Below, piece by piece: positions 30,001 through 44,424 of a stretch of DNA of 64,000 bases; positions within the stretch are counted from its first letter, which is position 1, and every line of letters begins with the position of its first letter. Under the pieces are notes generated by a model, which was not told where the DNA came from, ran no database searches, and worked only from the letters and a program-made list of their open reading frames with translations. Source of the DNA: Eledone cirrhosa (Eukaryota); the NCBI GenBank assembly GCA_964016885.1, contig OZ024748.1, positions 39,494,001 to 39,558,000 of the forward strand, in the 5' to 3' direction. The position numbers were made by a program, and so were the translations under genes.

Positions 30001-33000
30001 GTCTATTTCATTAACCCTTTCATTACCATATTTCTAATGAAAGACACTGTCTATTTCATTAACCCTTTCATTACCATATTTCTAATGAAAGACACTGTCT
30101 ATGTCATTAACCCTTTCATTACCATATTTCTAATGAAAGACACTGTCTATGCAATTAACCCTTTCATTAACATATTTCTCACAAAAGCCACTGTTTGTGT
30201 CATTGAACATTTCATTAACATATTTCTCACAAAAGACACAGCCTATGTCATTAATCCTTTCATTACCATATTTCTAATGTAAGGCACTGTCTATGTCATT
30301 AACCCTTTCATTACCATATTTCTAATGAAAGTCACTCTCTACTTCATTAACCCTTTCATTACCATATTTCTAATGAAAGACACTGTCTATGTCATTAACC
30401 CTGTCATTACCATATTTCTAATGAAAGTCACTGTTTATGTCATTAACCCTGTCATTACCATATTTTTAATGAAAGTCACTGTCTATGTCATTAACCCTTT
30501 CATTACCATATTTCTAATGAAAGACACTGTCTATGTCATTAACCCTTTCATTACCATATTTCTAATGAAAGTCACTGTCTATGTCATTAACCCTTTCATT
30601 ACCATATTTCTAATGAAAGTCACTGTCTATGTCATTAACCCTTTCATTACCATATTTCTAATGAAAGTCACTGTTTATGTCATTAACCCTGTCATTACCA
30701 TATTTCTAATGAAAGTCACTGTCTATGTCATTAACCCTTTCATTACCATATTTCTAATGAAAGACACTGTCTATGTCATTAACCCTTTCATTACCATATT
30801 TCTAATGAAAGACACTGTCTATTTCATTAACCCTTTCATTACCATATTTCTAATGAAAGACACTGTCTATGTCATTAACCCTTTCATTACCATATTTCTA
30901 ATGAAAGACACTGTCTATGTCATTAACCCTTTCATTACCATATTTTTAATGAAAGTCACTGTCTATGTCATTAACCCTTTCATTACCATATTTCTAATGA
31001 AAGACACTGTCTATGTGATTAACCCTGTCATTACCATATTTCTAATGAAAGACACTGTTTATGTCATTAACCCTGTCATTACCATATTTCTAATGAAAGT
31101 CACTGTCTATGTCATTAACCCTTTCATTACCATATTTCTAATGAAAGACACTGTCTATGTCATTAACCCTTTCATTACCATATTTCTAATGAAAGTCACT
31201 CTCTATGTCATTAACCCTTTCATTACCATATTTCTAATGAAAGTCACTGTCTATGTCATTAACCCTTTCATTACCATATTTCTAATGAAAGTCACTGTTT
31301 ATGTCATTAACCCTGTCATTACCATATTTCTAATGAAAGTCACTGTCTATGTCATTAACCCTTTCATTACCATATTTCTAATGAAAGACACTGTCTATGT
31401 CATTGACCCTTTCATTACCATATTTCTAATGAAAGTCACTGTCTATGTCATTAACCCTTTCATTACCATATTTCTAATGAAAGTCACTGTCTATGTCATT
31501 AACCCTTTCATTACCATATTTCTAATGAAAGTCACTGTTTATGTCATTAACCCTGTCATTACCATATTTCTAATGAAAGTCACTGTCTATGTCATTAACC
31601 CTTTCATTACCATATTTCTAATGAAAGACACTGTCTATGTCATTAACCCTTTCATTACCATATTTCTAATGAAAGTCACTGTCTATGTCATTAACCCTTT
31701 CATTGCCATATTTCTAATGAAAGTCACTGTCTATGTCATTAACCCTTTCATTGCCATATTTCTAATGAAAGTCACTGTCTATGTCATTAACCCTTTCATT
31801 ACCATATTTCTAATGAAAGTCACTGTCTATGTCATTAACCCTTTCATTACCATATTTCTAATGAAAGTCACTGTCTATGTCATTAATCCTTTCATTACCA
31901 TATTTCTAATGAAAGGCACTGTCTATGTCATTAACCCTTTCATTACCATATTTCTAATGAAAGACACTGTCTATGTCATTAACCCTTTCATTTGCATATT
32001 TCTAATGAAAGTCACTGTCTATGTCATTAACCCTTTCATTACCATATTTCTAATGAAAGACACTGTCTAAGTCATTAACCCTTTCATTACCATATTTCTG
32101 AGACTGTCTATTTCATTAACCCTTTCATTACCATATTTCTAATGAAAGACACTGTCTATGTCATTAACCCTTTCATTACAATATTTCTAATGAAAGTCAC
32201 TGTCTATGTCATTAACCCTTTCATTACCATATTTCTAATGAAAGTCACTGTCTATGTCATTAACCCTTTCATTACCATATTTCTAATGAAAGTCACTGTC
32301 TATGTCATTAACCCTTTCATTACCATATTTCTAATGAAAGTCACTGTCTATGTCATTAACCCTTTCATTACCATATTTCTAATGAAAGTCACTCTCTACT
32401 TCATTAACCCTTTCATTACCATATTTCTAATGAAAGACACTGTCTATGTCATTAACCCTTTCATTACCATATTTCTAATGAAAGTCATTGTCTATGTCAT
32501 TAACCCTTTCATTACCATATTTCTAATGAAAGATGCTGTCTATGTCATTAACCCTTTCATTACCATATTTCTAATGAAAGTCACTGTCTATGTCATTAAC
32601 CCTTTCATTACCATATTTCTAATGAAAGACACAGTCTATGTCATTAATCCATTAATTACCATATTTCTAATGAAAGTCACTGTATATGTCATTAACCCTT
32701 TCATTACCATATTTCTAATGAAAGACGCTGTCTATATGTTAACCCTGTCATTACCATATTTCTAATGAAAGTTACTGTCTATGTCAGTAACCCTGTCATT
32801 ACCATATTTCTAATGAAAGTCACTGTCTATGTCATTAACCCTTTCATTACCATATTTCTAATGAAAGACTCTGTCTATGTCATTAACCCTTTCATTACCA
32901 TATTTCTAATGAAAGTTACTGTCTATGTCATTAACCCTTTCATTACCATATTTCTAATGAAAGACGCTGTCTATGTGTTAACCCTGTCATTACCATATTT

Positions 33001-36000
33001 CTAATGAAAGTTACTGTCTATGTCAGTAACCCTGTCATTACCATATTTCCAATGAAAGTCACTGTCTATGTCATTAACCCTTTCATTACCATGTTTATAA
33101 TGAAAGACACTGTCTATGCAATTAACCCTTTCATTAACATATTTCTCACAAAAGCCACTGTTTGTGTCATTGACCCTTTCATTACCATATTTCTAATGAA
33201 AGACATTGTCTATGTCAATAACACTTTCATTACCATATTTCTAATGAAAGACACTGCCTATGTCATTAACACTTTCATTACCATATTACTAATGTAAGAC
33301 ACTGTCTGTCATTAACCCTGTCATTACTATATTTCTAATGAAAGACACTGCCTATGTCATTAACCCTTTCATTACCATATTTCTAATGAAAGACACTCTC
33401 TATGTCATTAACCCTTTATTATCATATTTCTAATGAAAGACACTGTCTATGTCATTAACCCTTTCATTAACATATTTTTCACAAAAGACACTGCCTATGT
33501 CCATATTACCATATATCTAATGAAAGACACTGTCTATGTCATTAACTCTTTCATTACCATATTTCTAATGAAAGACACTGTCTATTTCATTAACCCTTTC
33601 ATTACCCTATTTCTAATGAAAGACACTGCCAATGTCATTAACCCTTTCATTACCATATTTCTGACACTGTCTATGTCATTAACCCTTTCATTACCATATT
33701 TCTAATAAAAGACACTGTCTATATCATTAACCCTTTCATTACCATATTTCTAATGAAAGACACTGTCTATGCAATTAACCCTTTCATTAACATATTTCTC
33801 ACAAAAGCCACTGTTTATGTCATTGACCATTTCATTACCATATTTCTAATGAAAGACATTGTCTGTCATTAACCCTGTCATTACTATATTTCTAATGAAA
33901 GACACTGCCTATGTCATTAACCCTTTATTATCATATTTCTAATGAAAGACACTGTCTATGTCATTAACCCTTTATTATCATATTTCTAATGAAAGACACT
34001 GTCTATGTCATTAACCCTTTATTATCATATTTCTAATGAAAGACACTGTCTATGTCATTAACCCTTTCATTACCATATTTCTAATGAAAGACACTGTCTA
34101 TGTCATTAACCCTTTATTATCATATTTCTAATGAAAGACACTGTCTATGTCATTAACCCTTTATTATCATATTTCTAATGAAAGACACTGTCTATGTCAT
34201 TAACCCTTTATTATCATATTTCTAATGAAAGACACTGTCTATGTTATTAACCCTTTATTATCATATTTCTAATGAAAGACACTGTCTATGTCATTAACCC
34301 TTTCATTACCATATTTCTAATGAAAGACGCTGTCTATGTCATTAACCCTTTCATTACCATATTTCTAATGAAAGACACTGTCTATGCCATTAACCCTTTA
34401 TTATCATATTTCTAATGAAAGACACTGTCTATGTCATTAACCCTTTATTATCATATTTCTAATGAAAGACACTGTCTATGTCATTAACCCTTTCATTACC
34501 ATATTTCTAATGAAAGACACTGTCTATGTCATTAACCCTTTATTATCATATTTCTAATGAAAGACACTGTCTATGTCATTAACCCTTTATTATCATATTT
34601 CTAATGAAAGACACTGTCTATGTCATTAACCCTTTATTATCATATTTCTAATGAAAGACACTGTCTATGTCATGAACCCTTTATTATCATATTTCTAATG
34701 AAAGACACTGTCTATGTCATTAACCCTTTATTATCATATTTCTAATGAAAGACACTGTCTATGTCATTAACCCTTTATTATCATATTTCTAATGAAAGAC
34801 ACTGTCTATGTCATTAACCCTTTCATTACCATATTTCTAATGAAAGACACTGTCTATGTAATTAACCCTTTATTATCATATTTCTAATGAAAGACACTGT
34901 CTATGTCATTAACCCTTTATTATCATATTTCTAATGAAAGACACTGTCTATGTCATTAACCCTTTCATTACCATATTTCTAATGAAAGACACTGTCTATG
35001 TCATTAACCCTTTATTATCATATTTCTAATGAAAGACACTGTCTATGTCATTAACCCTTTCATTACCATATTTCTAATGAAAAACACTGTCTATGTCATT
35101 AACCCTTTATTATCATATTTCTAATGAAAGACACTGTCTATTTAATTAACCCTTTCATTACCATATTTCTAATGAAAGACACTGTCTATGTCATTAACCC
35201 TTTATTATCATATTTCTAATGAAAGACACTGTCTATGTCATTAACCCTTTATTATCATATTTCTAATGAAAGACACTGTCTATGTCATTAACCCTTTCAT
35301 TACCATATTTCTAATGAAAAACACTGTCTATGTCATTAACCCTTTATTATCATATTTCTAATGAAAGACACTGTCTATTTAATTAACCCTTTCATTACCA
35401 TATTTCTAATGAAAGACACTGTCTATGTCATTAACCCTTTATTATCATATTTCTAATGAAAGACACTGTCTATGTCATTAACCCTTTATTATCATATTTC
35501 TAATGAAAGACACTGTCTATGTCATTAACCCTTTCATTAACATATTTCTCACAAAAGACACTGCCTATGTCCATATTACCATATATCTAATGAAAGACAC
35601 TGTCTATGTCATTAACTCTTTCATTACCATATTTCTAATGAAAGACACTGTCTATTTCATTAACCCTTTCATTACCCTATTTCTAATGAAAGACACTGCC
35701 AATGTCATTAACCCTTTCATTACCATATTTCTGACACTGTCTATGTCATTAACCCTTTCATCATCATATTTCTAATGAAAGACACTGTCTATGTCATTAA
35801 CCCTTTCATTACAATATTTCTAATGAAAGTCACTGTCTATGTCATTAACCCTTTCATTACCATATTTCTAATGAAAGTCACTGTCTATGTCATTAACCCT
35901 TTCATTACCATATTTCTAATGAAAGTCACTGTCTATGTCATTAACCCTTTCATTACCATATTTCTAATGAAAGTCACTGTCTATGTCATTAACCCTTTCA

Positions 36001-39000
36001 TTACCATATTTCTAATGAAAGTCACTCTCTACTTCATTAACCCTTTCATTACCATATTTCTAATGAAAGACACTGTCTATGTCATTAACCCTTTCATTAC
36101 CATATTTCTAATGAAAGTCATTGTCTATGTCATTAACCCTTTCATTACCATATTTCTAATGAAAGATGCTGTCTATGTCATTAACCCTTTCATTACCATA
36201 TTTCTAATGAAAGTCACTGTCTATGTCATTAACCCTTTCATTACCATATTTCTAATGAAAGACACAGTCTATGTCATTAATCCATTAATTACCATATTTC
36301 TAATGAAAGTCACTGTATATGTCATTAACCCTTTCATTACCATATTTCTAATGAAAGACGCTGTCTATATGTTAACCCTGTCATTACCATATTTCTAATG
36401 AAAGTTACTGTCTATGTCAGTAACCCTGTCATTACCATATTTCTAATGAAAGTCACTGTCTATGTCATTAACCCTTTCATTACCATATTTCTAATGAAAG
36501 ACTCTGTCTATGTCATTAACCCTTTCATTACCATATTTCTAATGAAAGTTACTGTCTATGTCATTAACCCTTTCATTACCATATTTCTAATGAAAGACGC
36601 TGTCTATGTGTTAACCCTGTCATTACCATATTTCTAATGAAAGTTACTGTCTATGTCAGTAACCCTGTCATTACCATATTTCCAATGAAAGTCACTGTCT
36701 ATGTCATTAACCCTTTCATTACCATGTTTATAATGAAAGACACTGTCTATGCAATTAACCCTTTCATTAACATATTTCTCACAAAAGCCACTGTTTGTGT
36801 CATTGACCCTTTCATTACCATATTTCTAATGAAAGACATTGTCTATGTCAATAACACTTTCATTACCATATTTCTAATGAAAGACACTGCCTATGTCATT
36901 AACACTTTCATTACCATATTACTAATGTAAGACACTGTCTGTCATTAACCCTGTCATTACTATATTTCTAATGAAAGACACTGCCTATGTCATTAACCCT
37001 TTCATTACCATATTTCTAATGAAAGACACTCTCTATGTCATTAACCCTTTATTATCATATTTCTAATGAAAGACACTGTCTATGTCATTAACCCTTTCAT
37101 TAACATATTTTTCACAAAAGACACTGCCTATGTCCATATTACCATATATCTAATGAAAGACACTGTCTATGTCATTAACTCTTTCATTACCATATTTCTA
37201 ATGAAAGACACTGTCTATTTCATTAACCCTTTCATTACCCTATTTCTAATGAAAGACACTGCCAATGTCATTAACCCTTTCATTACCATATTTCTGACAC
37301 TGTCTATGTCATTAACCCTTTCATTACCATATTTCTAATAAAAGACACTGTCTATATCATTAACCCTTTCATTACCATATTTCTAATGAAAGACACTGTC
37401 TATGCAATTAACCCTTTCATTAACATATTTCTCACAAAAGCCACTGTTTATGTCATTGACCATTTCATTACCATATTTCTAATGAAAGACATTGTCTGTC
37501 ATTAACCCTGTCATTACTATATTTCTAATGAAAGACACTGCCTATGTCATTAACCCTTTATTATCATATTTCTAATGAAAGACACTGTCTATGTCATTAA
37601 CCCTTTATTATCATATTTCTAATGAAAGACACTGTCTATGTCATTAACCCTTTATTATCATATTTCTAATGAAAGACACTGTCTATGTCATTAACCCTTT
37701 CATTACCATATTTCTAATGAAAGACACTGTCTATGTCATTAACCCTTTATTATCATATTTCTAATGAAAGACACTGTCTATGTCATTAACCCTTTATTAT
37801 CATATTTCTAATGAAAGACACTGTCTATGTCATTAACCCTTTATTATCATATTTCTAATGAAAGACACTGTCTATGTTATTAACCCTTTATTATCATATT
37901 TCTAATGAAAGACACTGTCTATGTCATTAACCCTTTCATTACCATATTTCTAATGAAAGACGCTGTCTATGTCATTAACCCTTTCATTACCATATTTCTA
38001 ATGAAAGACACTGTCTATGCCATTAACCCTTTATTATCATATTTCTAATGAAAGACACTGTCTATGTCATTAACCCTTTATTATCATATTTCTAATGAAA
38101 GACACTGTCTATGTCATTAACCCTTTCATTACCATATTTCTAATGAAAGACACTGTCTATGTCATTAACCCTTTATTATCATATTTCTAATGAAAGACAC
38201 TGTCTATGTCATTAACCCTTTATTATCATATTTCTAATGAAAGACACTGTCTATGTCATTAACCCTTTATTATCATATTTCTAATGAAAGACACTGTCTA
38301 TGTCATGAACCCTTTATTATCATATTTCTAATGAAAGACACTGTCTATGTCATTAACCCTTTATTATCATATTTCTAATGAAAGACACTGTCTATGTCAT
38401 TAACCCTTTATTATCATATTTCTAATGAAAGACACTGTCTATGTCATTAACCCTTTCATTACCATATTTCTAATGAAAGACACTGTCTATGTAATTAACC
38501 CTTTATTATCATATTTCTAATGAAAGACACTGTCTATGTCATTAACCCTTTATTATCATATTTCTAATGAAAGACACTGTCTATGTCATTAACCCTTTCA
38601 TTACCATATTTCTAATGAAAGACACTGTCTATGTCATTAACCCTTTATTATCATATTTCTAATGAAAGACACTGTCTATGTCATTAACCCTTTCATTACC
38701 ATATTTCTAATGAAAAACACTGTCTATGTCATTAACCCTTTATTATCATATTTCTAATGAAAGACACTGTCTATTTAATTAACCCTTTCATTACCATATT
38801 TCTAATGAAAGACACTGTCTATGTCATTAACCCTTTATTATCATATTTCTAATGAAAGACACTGTCTATGTCATTAACCCTTTATTATCATATTTCTAAT
38901 GAAAGACACTGTCTATGTCATTAACCCTTTCATTACCATATTTCTAATGAAAAACACTGTCTATGTCATTAACCCTTTATTATCATATTTCTAATGAAAG

Positions 39001-42000
39001 ACACTGTCTATTTAATTAACCCTTTCATTACCATATTTCTAATGAAAGACACTGTCTATGTCATTAACCCTTTATTATCATATTTCTAATGAAAGACACT
39101 GTCTATGTCATTAACCCTTTATTATCATATTTCTAATGAAAGACACTGTCTATGTCATTAACCCTTTCATTAACATATTTCTCACAAAAGACACTGCCTA
39201 TGTCCATATTACCATATATCTAATGAAAGACACTGTCTATGTCATTAACTCTTTCATTACCATATTTCTAATGAAAGACACTGTCTATTTCATTAACCCT
39301 TTCATTACCCTATTTCTAATGAAAGACACTGCCAATGTCATTAACCCTTTCATTACCATATTTCTGACACTGTCTATGTCATTAACCCTTTCATCATCAT
39401 ATTTCTAATAAAAGACACTGTTTATGTCATTAACCCTATCATTACCTTATTTCTAATGAAAGACACTGTCTATATCATTAACCCTGTCATTACCATATTT
39501 CTAATGAGAGACACTGCCGATGTCATTAACCCTTTCATTACCATATTTCTGAGACTGTCTATTTCATTAACCCTTTCATTACCATATTTCTAATGAAAGA
39601 CACTGTCTATTTCATTAACCCTTTCATTACCATATTTCTAATGAAAGTCACTGTCTATGTCATTAACCCTTTCATTACCATATTTCTAATGAAAGTCACT
39701 GTCTATTTCATTAACCCTTTCATTACCATATTTCTAATGAAAGTCACTGTCTATGTCATTAACCCTTTCATTACCATATTTCTAATGAAAGACACTGTCT
39801 ATTTCATTAACCCTTTCATTACGATATTTCTAATGAAAGTCACTGTCTATTTCATTAACCCTTTCATTACCATATTTCTAATGAAAGTCACTGTCTATTT
39901 CATTAACCCTTTCATTACCATATTTCTAATGAAAGACACTGTCTATTTCATTAACCCTTTCATTACGATATTTCTAATGAAAGTCACTGTCTATTTCATT
40001 AACCCTTTCATTACCATATTTCTAATGAATGTCACTGTCTATTTCATTAACCCTTTCATTACCATATTTCTAATGAAAGTCACTGTCTATTTCATTAACC
40101 CTTTCATTACCATATTTCTAATGAAAGACACTGTCTATTTCATTAACCCTTTCATTACGATATTTCTAATGAAAGTCACTGTCTATTTCATTAACCCTTT
40201 CATTACCATATTTCTAATGAAAGTCACTGTCTATTTCATTAACCCTTTCATTACCATATTTCTAATGAAAGTCACTGTCTATTTCATTAACCCTTTCATT
40301 ACCATATTTCTAATGAAAGACACTGTCTATTTCATTAACCCTTTCATTACGATATTTCTAATGAAAGTCACTGTCTATTTCATTAACCCTTTCATTACCA
40401 TATTTCTAATGAAAGTCACTGTCTATTTCATTAACCCTTTCATTACCATATTTCTAATGAAAGTCACTGTCTATTTCATTAACCCTTTCATTACCATATT
40501 TCTAATGAAATTCACTGTCTATTTCATTAACCCTTTCATTACCATATTTCTAATGAAAGACACTGTCTATTTCATTAACCCTTTCATTACGATATTTCTA
40601 ATGAAAGTCACTGTCTATTTCATTAACCCTTTCATTACCATATTTCTAATGAAAGTCACTGTCTATTTCATTAACCCTTTCATTACCATATTTCTAATGA
40701 AAGACACTGTCTATTTCATTAACCCTTTCATTACGATATTTCTAATGAAAGTCACTGTCTATTTCATTAACCCTTTCATTACGATATTTCTAATGAAAGT
40801 CACTGTCTATTTCATTAACCCTTTCATTACCATATTTCTAATGAAAGTCACTGTCTATTTCATTAACCCTTTCATTACCATATTTCTAATGAAAGTCACT
40901 GTCTATGTCATTAACCCTTTCATTACCATATTTCTAATAAAAGTCACTGTCTATGTCATTAACCCTTTCATTACCATATTTCTAATGAAAGTCACTGTCT
41001 ATGTCATTAACCCTTTCATTACGATATTTCTAATGAAAGACACTGTCTATGTCATTAACCCTTTCATTACCATATTTCTAATGAAAGACACTGTCTATGT
41101 CATTCATCCTTTCATTACCATATTTCTAATGAAAGACACTGTCTATGTCATTCATCCTTTCATTACCATATTTCTAATGAAAGTCACTGTCTATGTGATT
41201 AACCCTGTCATTACCATATTTCTAATGAAAGTCACTGTTTATGTCATTAACCCTTTCATTACCATATTTCTAATGAAAGACACTGTCTATGTCATTAATC
41301 CTTTCATTACCATATTTCTAATGAAAGACACTGTCTATGTCATTCATCCTTTCATTACCATATTTCTAATGAAAGTCACTGTCTATGTGATTAACCCTGT
41401 CATTACCATATTTCTAATGAAAGTCACTGTCTATGTCATTAACCCTGTCATTACCATATTTCTAATGAAAGTCACTGTCTATGTCATGAACCCTTTCATT
41501 ACCATATTTCTAATGAAAGACACTGTCTATGTCATTAACCCTTTGATTACCATATTTTTAAAGAAAGTCACTGTCTATGTCATTAACCCTGTCATTACCA
41601 TATTTCTAATGAAAGTCACTGTCTATGTCATTAACCCTTTCATTACCATATTTCTAATGAAAGACACAGTCTATGTCATTAACCCTTTCATTACCATATT
41701 TCTAATGAAAGACACTGTCTATGTCATTAATCCTTTCATTACCATATTTCTAATGAAAGACACTGTCTATGTCATTAATCCTTTCATTACCATATTTCTA
41801 ATGAAAGACACTGTCTATGTCATTAATCCTTTCATTACCATATTTCTAATGAAAGACACTGTCTATGTCATTCATCCTTTCATTACCATATTTCTAATGA
41901 AAGTCACTGTCTATGTGATTAACCCTGTCATTACCATATTTCTAATGAAAGTCACTGTCTATGTCATTAACCCTGTCATTACCATATTTCTAATGAAAGT

Positions 42001-43330
42001 CACTGTCTATGTCATTAACCCATTCATTACCATATTTCTAATGAAAGACACTGTCTATGTCATTAACCCTTTGATTACCATATTTTTAAAGAAAGTCACT
42101 GTCTATGTCATTAACCCTGTCATTACCATATTTCTAATGAAAGTCACTGTCTATGTCATTAACCCTTTCATTACCATATTTCTAATGAAAGACACAGTCT
42201 ATGTCATTAACCCTTTCATTACCATATTTCTAATGAAAGTCACTGTCTATGTCATTAATCCTTTCATTACCATATTTCTAATGAAAGTCACTGTCTATGT
42301 CATTAACCCTTTCATTACCATATTTCTAATGAAAGACACTGTCTATGTGATTAACCCTGTCATTACCATATTTCTAATGAAAGTCACTGTTTATGTCATT
42401 AACCCTGTCATTACCATATTTCTAATGAAAGTCACTGTCTGTGTCATTAACCCTTTCATTACCATATTTCTAATGAAAGACACTGTCTATGTCATTAACC
42501 CTTTGATTACCATATTTTTAAAGAAAGTCACTGTCTATGTCATTAACCCTTTCATTACCATATTTCTAATGAAAGTCACTGTCTATGTCATTAACCCTTT
42601 CATTACCATATTTCTAATGAAAGTCACTGTCTATGTCATTAATCCTTTCATTACCATATTTCTAATGAAAGGCACTGTCTATGTCATTAACCCTTTCATT
42701 ACCATATTTCTAATGAAAGTCACTGTCTATGTGATTAATCCTGTCATTACCATATTTCTAATGAAAGTCACTGTCTATGTCATTAACCCTTTCATTACCA
42801 TATTTCTAATGAAAGACACTGTCTTTGTCATTAACCCTTTCATTACCATATTTCTAATGAAAGACACTGTCTATGTCATTAACCCTTTCATTACCATATT
42901 TCTAATGAAAGTCACTGTCTATGTCATTAACCCTTTCAATACCATATTTCTAATGAAAGTCACTGTCTATGCCATTAACCCTTTCATTACCATATTTCTA
43001 ATGAAAGACACTGTCTATGTCATTAACCCTTTCATTACCATATTTCTAATGAAAATCACTGTCTATGTCATTAACCCTTTCATTACCATATTTCTAATGA
43101 AAATCACAGTCTATGTCATTAACCCTTTCATTACCATATTTGTAATGAAAGACACTGTCTATGTCATTAACCCTTTCATTACCATATTTCTAATGAAAGA
43201 CACTGTCTATGTCATTAACCCTTTCATTACCATATTTCTAATGAAAGTCACTGTCTATGTCATTAACCCTTTTATTACCATATTTCTAATAAAAGTCACT
43301 GTCTATGTCATTAACCCTTTCATTACCAAA
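1..43330. repeat. 48-bp tandem satellite array (consensus ATGAAAG[T/A]CACTGTCTATGTCATTAACCCTTTCATTACCATATTTCTA), ~900 monomers, runs off the left edge
   Basis: Direct reading shows continuous 48-nt periodicity, seen as the 16-aa repeat MKVTVYVINPFITIFL in the ORF track. It includes 40/41-bp deletion monomers (TTTCTGAGACTGTC) and 47-bp variants, and ends at ...CATTACCAAATATACC near 43330. Confidence 0.99.
33900..35500. repeat. Sub-array dominated by a 47-bp monomer variant (CCCTTTATTATCATATTTC); second copy at ~37530-39135
   Basis: CCCTTTCATTACCAT is replaced by CCCTTTATTATCAT (1-bp deletion plus a substitution). This breaks the reading frame, so the ORF track has no long ORFs here. Confidence 0.93.
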
Positions 43331-43440
43331 TATACCAATAATAATAACCTATACTATAAAAGAGAAGCTGTTTGTCCCTCTGACTGTCCGTCACAACATA
43401 TAGGTAGAAGTGAAATGGGAAGAAGTGGATTGTCGTTGTT

Positions 43441-43463
43441 AAGAGAGTGAGAGAGAGAGAGAG

Positions 43464-43560
<97 letters not shown>

Positions 43561-43573
43561 CAGAGAGAGAGAG
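43441..43573. repeat. (GA)n microsatellite
   Basis: Direct reading. Confidence 0.97.
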
Positions 43574-43824
43574 TATGTGAAATAAAGATAAATAGTTTAA
43601 AGTGTAATTCAAGGATTATGATGAGAATAAATTAACATATTTCAATATCTTTCTTTAGGAAATATTTTCTCTCGCGTTTATTTGCTTAATAATATTCAAA
43701 GTGTTATTAAAGTTCAGCAAGAAAGTCAATCTATTATTTGAACAATTTATAAAGGTAAGTACATGATGATTAACAAATACTTTTACTGGCAGTGTAGCAA
43801 CAATATAATAATAACAGCAATTTT

Positions 43825-43960
43825 GGAGGAGGGGAAAGTTGACTAAATCTATCCCAGTGTGTTACTGGTACTTTATTTTATCGACCCTGTAAGGATGAAA
43901 GGCAAAGCTAACCTTGGCAGGATTTGAACTCAGAACATAAAGGGCCGTAACTCTATGTCG
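43825..43960 (-). mobile_element. tRNA-derived SINE fragment with Nin-like central domain
   Basis: The minus strand has the Pol III B-box GAGTTCAAATCC followed by ...TTTGCCTTTCATCCTTACAGGGTCGATAAAATAAAGTACCAG, which resembles the Nin-domain SINE core as I recall it. Boundaries are approximate. Confidence 0.7.
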
Positions 43961-44022
43961 CGAATACTTATATACATAAATAATAATAATAATAATAATA
44001 ATAATAACTACGTAGTACTTAC

Positions 44023-44088
44023 TGTGGCATAGGGCTATCTTCACACTCCATTCTATCAGTGTCATTCTGATAAATGTTTTCGTCCATT
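44023..44088 (-). CDS. Candidate internal coding exon of an unidentified host gene (66 bp, phase 2/2; MDENIYQNDTDRMECEDSPMP)
   Basis: Acceptor ctttatctcacaatttag| and donor |gtaagt. The frame is open and continuous with the upstream exon 44574-44637. Confidence 0.6.
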
Positions 44089-44424
44089 CTAAATTGTGAG
44101 ATAAAGCATCGAGATTAGATTCAAGTTACTATAGGAAGAATTAAACTGTCTAAAAGTTGCTTCAAATGTATTGAAACTACCTTGGCCAGAAAATAACGCA
44201 CAACATATATAGAAATAATTCTTTTACTGATTCCAGTAACTGCAGCCATGAAATATACTTAATCATATCAACTCCAGTACTAATGTTTAGTCAACCATAA
44301 CACCAATCTATACAATTAGAAATATACCCATTTGAAACTTGTCCCAATTTACCTGTCACACTCTGTGTGTGTAGAGAGAGAGAAATTGCTGTATATGTGT
44401 TTACTCATCTCTTAATGAGCAAAG

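Noticed and set aside
1-43330. CRISPR-like array (palindromic repeat of similar size)
   Set aside because: There are no unique spacers and no cas genes, and the context is eukaryotic. The units are contiguous near-identical monomers.
242-43450. Very long ORFs (up to 1285 aa) of MKVTVYVINPFITIFL repeats as a repetitive membrane protein gene
   Set aside because: The 48-bp unit is a multiple of 3 and happens to lack a stop in one frame. Frameshifting 40/41/47-bp monomers and stop variants are freely amplified, and there is no unique domain or gene structure.
44352-44385. Minus-strand 10-bp micro-exon (acacag|AGTGTGACAG|gtaaat) between the two candidate exons
   Set aside because: Inclusion would introduce a stop and frameshift. 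The pyrimidine tract is just a (CT)/(CA) microsatellite.
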